Shown piece by piece: positions 14,766 to 26,035 of a DNA stretch of 64,000 nucleotides (the first letter of the stretch is position 1; every line of letters starts with the position of its first letter). The stretch covers positions 28,402,437-28,466,436 of the forward strand of contig NC_092672.1 in NCBI RefSeq assembly GCF_964355755.1, given 5' to 3'. The notes below the pieces were generated by a model, which did no database searches, was not told where the DNA came from, and saw only the letters and a list, made by a program, of their open reading frames with translations. Source of the DNA: Antedon mediterranea (Eukaryota > Animalia > Echinodermata). The translations under genes and the position numbers were made by a program.

Positions 14766-16381
14766 CTAGATCTAAACTCGTCACTTGAGGACGAGTTTGG
14801 TTATCCGCCCGCAACAAAACGTATCTTGCGTACTCAAGTACTTCTAAGTTATGACTTTTCCCAAAAAAAGTAGGCTATTCAAATTTAAAACTGCCCTTTC
14901 AGTGTAATAACCAAATAAACCCTTTTAATTAATTGTTTTCTCGTGATGGGATTCGAACCCGGTACCTCTGATACCAAAATCGGTTGCACTACACATCGAG
15001 CCATATGAGCTCCTGCTGAAGAAAATCCGAAGAAAAAGTCCTCGTTCATTAGGTATGTCGTGAACCCCCTCGATGCAAGTTGATTATTACATAATGAACT
15101 TAAATCATAATTTTTACTATGATGAAATCTTCACAAATTTTAAACAGTTACATATTATGAAAGTGCATACTTTCTAGTTTTATATATTAACATGTAAAGA
15201 AAAAAGATAAGCGTTATGTTTATTGTTTTGCTCTTTGAATATGTTTATGTTTGTTTGATGATAATTATTTCAAAAATTACATTTAATATGCAAATAATGT
15301 AGCCTTCAAACACTTTTTAACATTCAAGACTATAATAAATCACACCTATGATTCATACACTGCAAGAAAATAAAATAAAAAATGGGGGTAACCTTACATT
15401 CTGATGAACTGTTTCATTTTTAAAAGTAGACATATTTTGGAACATTTTCACAATTTGTTGACGTTTTCGTGCGCAACCTGTCATGTTTAACGTGCTCGTA
15501 GAACGCCATTTCAAGTTGAAAAGTGAATAAAATAACGTAAAATTGTTAACCGAAGATTTAAAAACACAAATCGTGTAAAAGAAATGCTCAAACGTATTCC
15601 CTGCGCCGTGCGCGCGTAAAAATATGCGCACCAGTGGCAATTTTTTAAACGCTTAAAATGACCTGAATCGTGCTCTAATTTAATCAGAAATTGATTTGAA
15701 GCATTTTAAAATTTCAAACGCCATTTACGCGCGCACTTTCTAATGTTACAAATTGCGGTAGCGTTAAAAAGTTAACTATTGATGTGAAGCAAACGTGGCT
15801 GAAAATGACGTTAAAAAATATTCATTTGTTTCGAAGTTATAACCAATTTAAGATTTTCAGAAAATCACGCGTAACTTACGCTACGCGGCTCTGACATCGT
15901 CAAAAAGCTTGGCTGGAAAACTTCAGTAAAATGTCTAAATGCTGAACAAGTTACAACATATTATGTTTACACGTTGAAGAGAAACAGCGTGCACAAAATA
16001 AGAAGAGTAAAATATTTCAAACGCAATTTACGCGAAAACTTTCTAATCTCCAAAAATTTGTTAAACATTCTAAAAGTTAGCCATTGATGTGAAGAAAACG
16101 TGGCTGAAAATTTCGTTAAAAAATATTTATCGGTTTCGAAGTTATGACCGATTTAAGATTTTCAGAAAATCGCGCGTAACTTACGCTACGCGGATCTGAC
16201 ATTGTCAAAAAGCTTGGCAGTACATCTTCAGTTAAATGTCTATATGTTGACGAAGTTACAACATGTTATGTTAACACGTTAAAGAGAAAACGCGTGCACA
16301 AAATCCGAGAAAGAAAGAAGAATAATAAAAAAAAAAAGTAACACTACAATAACAAAGGTTATCCGCTTGAGGCGGATAACC
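14766..16381 (-). mobile_element. HINE family B element B3, uninterrupted (1616 bp)
   Basis: Complete termini with the intact GAAGAATAATAAAA tract and cap. Confidence 0.88.
14941..15013 (-). promoter_or_regulatory. tRNA-derived Pol III cassette in family B (also about 7391-7463 and 8950-9022)
   Basis: Minus strand TGGCTCGATGTG ... AGGTACCGGGTTCGAATCCC, a canonical B box with tRNA-like spacing. Confidence 0.7.
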
Positions 16382-16499
16382 AATAAAAAAAAAAAAGAAA
16401 CACTACAATAACAAAGGTTATCCGCTTGAGGCGGATAACCAATAAAAAAAAAGAAACACTACAATTCCAAGGGCTTATCCGCTTGAGGCGGATAACCAA

Positions 16500-19455
16500 C
16501 TAGATTTAATTCGTCACTATGACGAATTATAGGTTATATGCATTGATTTAAATAAAGATAATTGATTTTTAAAAGATATTTTGATTCATTGATTTTCTCA
16601 GATTCTTTAATTATTTATAATATATGATAGGACCTTGCTAACGCGAATACAATAGCCGGTATCACAATCCGATCAAAGATCCCTCTGCGTATAATGTCAT
16701 AAACCACATTTGCTGTTACATAATAATAAAGACATAAGTTATTTTTTATCTAGATTTCATTATAAATCATGTGTATAATATATACACTAAGAAGTAAATT
16801 TGAACAAACAATACGGATAATAAAAAAAAAATCTTATTTCGTTTCCCAAGGTGAGACTCGATCTCGGTACCTTGAGTGCCATAGACACGAGCACACACCA
16901 CCGAGCCATACACAACTGACTAAAAATTGTAGAAAAATTCCTCCGTGTATTTACTATGCAGTAACCACTTTGGTGCAGATAGATTATTACATACCGCAAT
17001 GAATTATAATTTTTTACTATGATGACATCTCTAAAAATGTACAAAAAGGATGCACTGTCAAACTATATACTTTTAACTTTAATATATGAACTTTTGAAGG
17101 AAGAAAGTTAATGTTAAGTTTGTTATTTTGGCCTAAGAAAATGTCATAATTTGTTTGATTGTCGAAATGAATTTTTTTTAATTTAATATGCAATTAATTA
17201 TGGCTTAATCAACTTTTGTTCCCTTAGTTTAATAATAAATCATACATAAGATACATACACTTCAAGAAAATGAAATAAAAAATATGTGTTCCCGAGCATT
17301 CTGACGATCTATATTAATTTTAAAATTTAGCATATTTTCACCATTTTGTTAACTTACACGTGCGTAGCCTGTCACTTTTGACGTGCTCGTATAAGGCAAT
17401 TACGCGTTGAAAAGTGAATAAAATATGATGATATTATTAAAGAAAGGTTGTACAACCGAAATCGGACAAAAAGAGTGCGCATTAACGTATAACGCGCAGT
17501 GCGCGTGCAAAAATCTGCGCACTCATGGCAATTTTTTAAACGCTTAAAATTGCCTGAAACGTACTCTAATTTCATCGAAAATAAATTTTGACAATTTTGA
17601 ACATTTTAAGCGCGCGTACGCAAGCGTTATATGCGCTACGCACGTAATTGTATTGCCATATGATGAAATATGACCTGAAATTTATGAGTACCAAATTTTG
17701 TTTAATTGTGATTCATGCTTGTGAAGATGTGATTACAAACGTGATTTCGTAAAATCGCGCGTAGACCGCGTAATTTTTGATTACGCATCGTGAAAATATA
17801 ACCACATCGATTCCTGGCCATAAGGAATATACTCTGAAAAATTGACTTAGATAGATGAAACTGATATCAAGATAATTCACGGACAAAATAGTGCTAAGGA
17901 AAGAATAAATAAATAAACTAGATTTAATTCGTCACTATGACGAATTATAGGTTATATGCATTGATTTAAATAAAGATAATTGATTTTTAAAAGATATATT
18001 GATTGATTGATTTTCTCAGAATCTTTAATTATTTATAATATATGATAGGGCGTGACCTGGCCTTGCTAACGCGACCACCATAGCCGGTATCACAATTCGA
18101 TCAAAGATCCATATGCGTATAATGTCATAAACCACATTTGTTGTTACATAATAATAAAGACACAAGTTAATTGATTTCATTATAAATCATGTGTATAATC
18201 TATACACTAAGAAATAAATTTGAACAAACAATAAGGATATTAAAAAAACAAAATCTTATTTCGTTTCCCAAGGTGAGACTCGATCTCGGTACCTTGAATG
18301 CCATAGACACGAGCACAGACCATCGAGCCATACACCACTGACTAAAAGTTGTAGAAAAATTCCTCCGTGTATTTACTATGCAGTAACCACTTTGATGCAA
18401 ATAGATTATTACATACCGAAATGAATTATAATTTTTTACTATGATGACATCTTTAAAATGTAAACAAATGATGCACTGTCAAACTACATACTTTTAACTT
18501 TAATATATGAACTTTTGAAGGAAGAAAGTTAATGTTAAGTTTGTTATTTTGGCCTAAGAAAATGTCATAATTTGTTTGATTGTCGAAATTATTTTTTTTA
18601 AATTTAATATGCAATTAATGATGACTTAATCAACTTTGGTTCTCTTAATTTGATAATAAATCATACATATGATACATACACTTCAAGAAAATGAAATAAA
18701 AAATAGGTGTTCCCCTGCATTCTGACGATATATATTAATTTTAAAATTTAGCATATCTTCACCATTTTGTTAACTTATACGTGCGTAGCCAGTCATTTTT
18801 GACGTGCTCGTATAACGCAATTCCGAGTTGAAACCTGAATCAAATATGATGATATTATTAAAGAAAGATTGTAAAACAGAAATCGGGCAAAAAGAATGCG
18901 CATTAACGTATAACGCGCAGTGCGCGTGCAAAAATTTGCGCACTCATGGCAATTTTTTAAACGCTTAAAATTGCCTGAAACGTACTCTAATTTCATCGAA
19001 AATAAATTTTAACAATTTTGAACATTTTAAGCGCGCGTACGCAAGCGTTATATGCGCTACGCACGTAATTGTATTGCCATATGATGAAATATGACCTGAA
19101 ATTTATGAGTACCAAATTTTGTTTAATTGTGATTCATGCTTGTGAAGATATGATTACAAACGTGATTTCGTAAAATCGCGCGTAGACCGCGTAAATTTTG
19201 ATTACGCATCGTGAAAATATAACCACATCGATTCCTGGCCATAAGGAATATACTCTGAAAACTTGACTTAGCTAGATGAAACTGATGCCAAGATAATGCA
19301 CGGACAAAATAGTGCTAAGGAAAGAATAAATAAATAAATAAATAAATAAATAAAGATTTTGACAGAATCAAGAGGTTATATGCATATCATGCATATAACC
19401 TAATAAAGATTTTGACAGAATCAAGAGGTTATATGCATGATAATGCATATAACCT
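16500..19455 (-). mobile_element. HINE family A element A6 (body 16500-17917, cap about 19402-19455)
   Basis: Family A termini; contains A7. Confidence 0.8.
17918..19401 (-). mobile_element. HINE family A element A7, uninterrupted, divergent subfamily (1484 bp)
   Basis: Complete termini; ATC-loop cap directly attached; shares SNPs with A4. Confidence 0.88.
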
Positions 19456-20078
19456 AATAAAGATTTTGACAGAATCAAGAGGTTATATGCATGATAATGC
19501 ATATAACCTAATAATGCTAACGATAACCACTACGGGAAAAGAGCTACGTACGGTACAATTTGATACAAAAACACATGATGAAGTGTTAGTATTGATGAAA
19601 GTAGTGAATCATCAGATGATGAAAATGCGCAGAAAGAAACAAGTGTGATCACTATAGAACAACACACAAACCAAAATGAGCAGGAAGATGATGACAGAGA
19701 GGAGCAGAGAGAAGAGCAGGAAGTTGACGAAAGAGAGGAGGAGGAAGTTGAAGAAGGAGAGGAACAAGAAGTACCGGGAAGAAAGAACCAGAAAGCTGAA
19801 GAAAGAGAGGAGCAGGAAGTTGGGGAAGGAGAGGAGCATGAACAGAAGAAGGTAACTGACTACTTTGAAAAAAGTATACAAAAAACTAAAAGTGTTAGCA
19901 CAAACAAGAAAGCAGCGAGAGATCTGAAGGAACAGTCCGGAAATGAAGGCAGGACAGAAGTAAAAACAAAAAGTATTGAAAAAAGAAGTTTAAGAAAGAG
20001 AAACAAAAACAAGTAATTTAATCTTAATAATATGTATTCTAAATATTGTAATTTCCCTAGGAAATCTAATCTAATCTT

Positions 20079-23000
20079 ATGAATTTACATTGTATAACAC
20101 TAAGCGTTAGAGGAGCTAGAAATATAAATAAGCAACATAAGCTATTCCAATGGGTAAAAGATCAAAAAGCGGATATATGTCTGCTTCAGGAAACCCATCT
20201 AACAAATGAGATTATTAATAAATCAAACTTTGTTTGGGAAAGGTGAAGCGATCCATAGTATAGGTAATTCACATAGTAGAGGAGTGTCGATACTATTACG
20301 AAAAGGTCTTGAATGCAAAATTGTTAAAAAGTTAACTGATATTGATGGAAGATATATATTTCTTAATTTAATGATAAATGAAAAGGAATTGGACATTATA
20401 AATATTTATGCTCCTAATGAAAGCAAAAATAGAAGTGCATACTTTAGGACCATACACAAATGTTACAATGACTTTGATGGAGGGAAGGGTAATTCTATCA
20501 TTCTAGGTGGAGATCTGAATTGCATCATGAATAGTGACATTGACCAAAAAGGTAGCGCAAATAGGTCTGATAAATCTGTTTTTACGATTAAAAACCTAAT
20601 GAAAAATTTAAATTTAAATGATATTTGGAGATCCAAAAACATGAATAAGCGACAATTTACGTTGCGTAAGAGATTTAACAACATTTTCCGTAGGCTGGAT
20701 TACTGGTTAATATCAGAAGATCTCTTTTCAAATGGAGATGTTTTAGCCTGTGACATTCGTCCAGCTATTCTCACAGATCACCAGGCGGTATCAATTAAAA
20801 TAGATTTGCATGAAAAAATACGCGGTCCTGGTTTATGGATGTTCAACAATAGCTTTCTGAAAGATGAATTAATGCGTTAAATGAAAGTTATAATTCTCAA
20901 GAATTATCCTTTTCGCAAAAACGAGGTGTAATCACCCTTTTGTTCAAGGATGGAGAAAGAGAAAATTTGAATAATTGGCGTCCCATTACCCTCTTAAACA
21001 CCGATTAAACAATTCTTGCACATGTATTAAGTAACAGACTTAAAATGGTTATTAAATCAATAGTAAGTTCAGACCAAAAAGGTTATATAAAAGGCCGTTT
21101 CGCTGGTGAAAACATTCGGTTAATAGAAGACCTGCTTTATTTTACAGAGTGTAATGATATCGAAGGGGCAATAATTACCGTAGATTTTAAGAAGGCTTTT
21201 GACTCTATTAGTAGAGATTTTATGTTCAATGTTCTAGAAAAGTTTAACTTTGGAATGTTTTTTTGTAACTGGATAAAAGTATTATACAATAACGTTGAAA
21301 GTGTCACAGTTAACAATGGTTGGGTTTCAAACAATTTTAAAATGGAAAGAGGTATTAGACAAGGTTGTCCTCTATCTGCTCTGTTATTCATTTTAGTGGT
21401 TGAAGTAATGGCATCTAGAATAAGAAACAAAGATGACTATAAGGGTATTAAACTTCCAAATAATGAAAATAACATAGAAGCTAGAATAAGCCAATTAGCA
21501 GATGACACTGTTTTGTATGTTGGTAATGACAAAAGTATTAAGTCAGCAGTCAGTGTAATTGAACGTTTTTGTGAAGTATCTGGAATGACACTAAATAAAA
21601 AAAAACCAATGCTTTTTGGATTAGTAAATGGAAGAACAGAATAGATAGATCTTTAGAATTAAATTGGGTAAAACACCCGATCAAAATTGTAGGCATATAT
21701 GTAGGGTATAATACAGAAGAATGTACCAGAAAAAACTGGGATGTTAAATTAATAGAGCTAGAAAAGACTTTAAAACAATGGAATGCTAAAAATCTCTCAA
21801 TTTTTGGTAGAATAATAATCCTGAAAAATCTTGCACTATCTAAATTAACATATGCTGCAAATATCACTGATGTTCCAAAATATGTATATACACAAGTTAC
21901 AAATCTAATATATAATTTTATTTGGAACAATAAAAGGGAAAAGATAAAAAGAAAAACTCTAATTGGTGATGTTGAGATGGGAGGCATTAAAATGCCTGAT
22001 TTTACTCTTCATGTTAACGCACTCATGTGTGGCTGGTTAAAAAGAATTATGAATGATGATGGTGCTAAATGGAAAAATATTCCAATGTATTATATTAAAA
22101 AAATATGTGATGTTAATGTTTTACTTAATATGTCATGTTATAACATTATTGATGTTAATTCTGATAAAATTCCACTGTTTTACAAAAATATGATAAAGCC
22201 AACATAAATTATAACAGAATCTCTAAAAAAAAAACTGAAACTTATAACGATATAATGAATGAGCAACTGTGGGGAAACCACTATGTTAAACTAAAAAAAA
22301 AAATCGCTTTTCTACAAGCATTGGATTGACAGTGGCATTATCAGTATTAAAGACATTGTTAATAAGAACACTTTTTTATCATCAAACGAAATACAATGTA
22401 AAACAAACTGGTTAAATGAGTATTTGTGCATTATTAAGGCAATACCAATTCAATGGAAACGTATTATTAAGGAGGTAGATATTTTCAATTGTGATGATAA
22501 TGATGAATTAGTTGGGACCAAGTATGAGATTAATACTACCAAACTAATATACTCATGGTTTGTGAAAGAATATTTCATTATTCCAATGTCACAACTAAAA
22601 TGGGAAGAGTACTTCAATGATAACAACATTGATTGGAAAACTTCTTGGTTACGGAAAGTATGTAAAATGAAAGATAAGAAACTAGCACAATTCAATTATA
22701 AGATGTTACATAGAATACTGCCTACCAACAAACGGCTGTATCAGTGGAAAGTTAAGGAAACACAAACGTGTGACAAATGTGGAGAAATTGAAAATGAAAA
22801 TCATTTGTTTTTTAGTTGTAGATTTATTCAGAAATATTGGAGGAAAATGCTTAGTATCTTTGTAAGTTTAAATCACAATAATATATCATTTAAACAATTA
22901 GTACTAGGAACGGGAGATAAGCTAATAGATTATATTTACACTTTTGCAGCATTTACTATTTATAGAATAAAAATGTTATCTGCACAGTGGGTAAATCTTC

Positions 23001-23110
23001 ATGGAATTCATTTAAAAGCAATATGTTATATAACATTGAGTGTGAAACATATAACAATAAAGAAACAAGTATAGAAAAATGGGTAGCTTTAAGAAATACG
23101 ATTATGATAA
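20079..23110 (+). pseudogene. Tx1 ORF2 (APE endonuclease, reverse transcriptase, zf-RVT), frameshifted, with an internal deletion near 20880
   Basis: Motifs LSVRG, LLQETH, NIYAPN, GGDLN, RLDYW, TDH, WRPITLLN, DFKKAFD, GIRQGCPLS, QLADDT and CDKC...HLFFSC. Confidence 0.92.
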
Positions 23111-23744
23111 TATAATTTCTAATTTGATACGATTAACAGAAAAAGAATTACAGTGATACGGGTTACTGGTGGTACTGAGCTATTATTGTTTTTTTTAATC
23201 ATGTATATAAATATATTGTATAATCCGGGTTGTAAAATAAAAACAAACAAATGAAAATGTGTGAACTATTTTAAAACGGGATAGATGATAATGGTGATCC
23301 TGTCAAGTGTATAACAAAATATAAGAAAATTAATGAAAAAAGGAATAACACAGAATTCATATATGTAAAAATGTTACTTATGAACTGTAACGACATTTAC
23401 AAGTTAAATAATACGATTTTATGTAATATGAGATAATATGAATGTGAATAAAAGTGGTGTTTGCGGCAAAAAAGAGAGAAAAAAAAATACAGTGTTCCTT
23501 TATGTTCTCAATACACATATGATTGACTTTCATCGAGGATTAGACACATTTAGTTTGCTTGATTTTACTGATTAAAGTGTCTATGGCAACAGTTTTGCCT
23601 TGAGATTAAAGACACCAGGTAAGTATATATTCCAGGATTTTATACTGTAATCATACTTCTAGTATCAAACACAATATAATTGCGGGAAATCATTTTGTTT
23701 TTTTAATTAGGAGGGGCGACATTGACGGACTTTAGAGTATGTCA

Positions 23745-24165
23745 TCCCTCGACCAAATGATACTTTTTTTTTTAATTTGTTTTTTAAATGTACATGTACT
23801 ATGTTTATGTTGTTTTTGGTCGAAATAGGCCTAAATTGAGTCTGCCGAGATTGTTTCAATCTCACCATTCCCTAATAAAAAAAAATTTCTTTTACTTTAT
23901 TGGCCCACGAAAATAGGTTTAAAACGATTTCTATTGTCCAAATTGTATCTATAGCAAAAGGACTTTGCCACATATATTGTCGCCCCCGGTCAAATGATGA
24001 TACTTTTTTGTTGTTCTTTTATTTTTTTTTTTTATTTTTTATGCTGATTTGGGTCTACCGAAATTATTTCAATCTCACCATCTCCTACTAAAATAAAATT
24101 TCTTTTACTTTATTGGCCAACAAAAAATGGGTTTAAAACGATTGATATTGTTCAAATTGTGACTC
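23745..24165 (+). repeat. Diverged tandem duplication, about 240 bp period
   Basis: tttcaatctcaccat...tttcttttactttattggcc...gtttaaaacgatt occurs twice. Confidence 0.7.
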
Positions 24166-24649
24166 AGTTTAAACTAACAGTATCTAAAGCAAAATGTGGC
24201 ACATGCAAGGGAAGTAGATAAGTCGGAATTTTCAAAATTGAGATTTTCACAAATACTAAAACTACATAATCCAAGATTTAAAATGCTGAAAAAATGTATT
24301 GATACCATGTCTACTTCCAGAGATATCTAAGTCTAAAATGTTGGCTGTTACAACCAGTGTTTTGAGAAAAATGCTTTTAAATTTAAGTACAGTAACAGGA
24401 AATTACAAACACAAACAAATAAACAGGGCGTTTCAGTTTACGCCTTAGCAAAAAGGTATTCTAATTGTTTTATTTCAATGAAACTTCGCACTTTCCTCAA
24501 TTAACTATTTTTCTATTATTATGCAAAATTTTCATTAAAATCAACCCACTGAAACAATTCAATTTAAGCATAAAACATGATAGGTTTTATGAAAATCATG
24601 CATAATTTACACCCTCTTTTTAACCAAAATACCACACAAAATGTTAAAA

Positions 24650-24732
24650 TTTATTTATTTGTCTAAAAATGTATTTATTTATTTGTCTAAAAATGTATTT
24701 ATTTATTTGTCTAAAAATATTTGTCTAAAAAT
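24650..24732 (+). repeat. 24-bp minisatellite, about 3 copies
   Basis: atttatttatttgtctaaaaatgt repeated. Confidence 0.85.
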
Positions 24733-24994
24733 AGAAAAACACCAAGGTAATGTAAATAAATGCTGTTTCAGCTATCCTTTTCTGTAAAAATAAAAACATT
24801 TAATATTCAGCCTTTTATTGTTTTTGGCTGTCTCTACAAATAGTCCAGGAGGGGGATATCACCACCCGAAAGGAAACAAATTGCCATCCAACTTTTCTAG
24901 ACCAGAATTTTCCGTAGATTACGAATATGAAAGGTAATCGATCAGGATAGGAAGCGTTTTCAAGATATAAGGGGTCAAAGTTCAAAATTGACCA

Positions 24995-26035
24995 TTTCAT
25001 TTCATTATTTATTTGGTCTATTGAAGTATATACAAAACAAAAAAACTGAAATTGGGGAGACCAGGGTCAACCTAAGTGAACTTAATCACTGTAGCTGAGC
25101 CGGTTGACCCAACCCCAAAGTCAGTTTACACATAAAAGACATAAAGACAAAATACAGTTACAGCGAATCAAAATGAATATGGACTTTTCTAATGAAGGCT
25201 GATGGGCTTTCTAGGACTGCAGCATCTGTCAACGGTCTGGGAAGCTGGTCCCAGACACGGGGTAACCTGATTGCTATAGAATGGAAAAAAGCCTGTGTCC
25301 TTGATGCTTGATGTCTGAAGCACAAGCGATCATTGTGACAAGTATTTATTAAAATTTAGTCATGAACTGTACTGCAGTCCAGAAACCCCACCAGAACCTT
25401 AAAACAAAATATAATAAGAAATTTATCTCTTCTAACAGACAAAGATGAAACTGTAAGCAAATTTAACCTCTCCTCATAGCACATCTGTCCACGATGCTGT
25501 TTGAGAGCAAGACGAGTTGCTCTCCTATGGACCCCCTCAAGCTGATCTGACAAAGACTTCGACTATGGAAACCAAACAGGTCGCGCATACTCCAGACCAG
25601 GCAAAACAAGACTTTTTGTACAAAGACAAAAATGCACTGGTCGAAGCATGTCCAGCCACACTCCAAACAAAGCCCAACATACGTTTAGCTTTGGAAACAA
25701 TGACATGGACATGGTCATCCCAGGTCAATTTTTAGTTAAAAGTAACACCAATGTATTTAAAAGATGTCACCGGACTAATATGAGAGCCAAACAAAAGGTA
25801 TTTAGACAAATGTCTGTTACGCGAACGTGTGACATGCAGGACATTCGTCTTCATAACATTGAAAGGCATGCGATTTGCTTGGCTCCACAGACCAAGTCGG
25901 TCCAGATCAGCTAGAAGGTTTAGAGAATCCTGAGGAGAGTTAATTGCATTATAAATAAGAGTATCATCGGCAAAAATAGCAGTTTTACATTTAAGTGAAC
26001 AAATAATATCGTTAATAAAAAAATAATATCGTTAA
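24995..26035 (-). mobile_element. CR1/L2-group LINE 3' fragment, decayed
   Basis: Minus strand FINDII...AIFADDTLIY, TWDDHVHVIVSKAKRMLGFV, LEGVHRRATR, and a tail AATAAAATAATGAAATGAAA. Confidence 0.8.

Larger units (their letters stand above)
8778..16440 (-). mobile_element. HINE family B element B2 (body 8778-10336, cap about 16382-16440)
   Basis: Same termini as B1; starts in the GAAGAATAA tract of B1. Confidence 0.8.
7217..16497 (-). mobile_element. HINE family B element B1 (body 7217-8777, cap about 16441-16497)
   Basis: CTAG, hairpin AACTCGTC-ACTTGAG-GACGAGTT, subTIR GGTTATCCGCC. Cap hairpin TTATCCGC-TTGAG-GCGGATAACC. Internal duplication of about 300 bp at about 8148-8750. Confidence 0.8.
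4326..19509 (-). mobile_element. HINE/Helentron-like element A1 (outermost; body 4326-5742, cap about 19456-19509)
   Basis: + strand begins CTAG, hairpin AATTCGTCA-CTA-TGACGAATT, subTIR AGGTTATATGCAT. The cap is an (AAAT)n tract plus hairpin AGGTTATATGCAT-GATA-ATGCATATAACCT. Flanked by AA. Cap assigned by the nesting parse. Confidence 0.8.
2598..20016 (+). pseudogene. Tx1 ORF1 (gag-like, zinc knuckles, acidic C-terminus) split into 2598-2689, 3640-4325 and 19512-20016
   Basis: Removing the MITE and one TSD gives in-frame MASKTHRNG...SRMNGQTVNKERSVVKPIF. After a frameshift near 4185: C..CTRTGHLAFQC and CFKCHLPGHTRDRC. An E-rich tail resumes after the stack. Confidence 0.8.
2598..23488 (+). 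mobile_element. Tx1/L1-clade non-LTR retrotransposon, decayed, interrupted by a MITE (2690-3630) and the HINE stack (4326-19509)
   Basis: ORF1 with two CCHC knuckles, ORF2 with APE, RT and C-terminal zinc motif, 3' UTR ending AATAAAA plus an A-rich tail at about 23447-23488. The 5' UTR boundary was not resolved. Confidence 0.9.

Noticed and set aside
4580-18996. Recurrent 60-97 aa ORFs in the array (MKLEYVSG..., MYIFRDV..., MICNNQL..., MPLVR...)
   Set aside because: They recur because the DNA is repeated. Several shift frame at homopolymers between copies and none shows a recognisable domain.
4326-19509. CRISPR array, integron or simple satellite interpretation of the repeated palindromes
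   Set aside because: Eukaryotic context, no cas or integrase gene, and the intervening units are homologous 1.4-1.6 kb elements rather than unique spacers. Cap triplets and non-adjacent subfamilies do not fit simple tandem duplication.
19412-19648. 78-aa ORF with repeated TESRGYMHDNAYNLI
   Set aside because: It is a translation of stacked cap repeats running into LINE sequence.
19612-19881. Hydrophobic minus-strand ORF resembling a membrane protein
   Set aside because: It is the antisense of the GA-rich acidic ORF1 tail.
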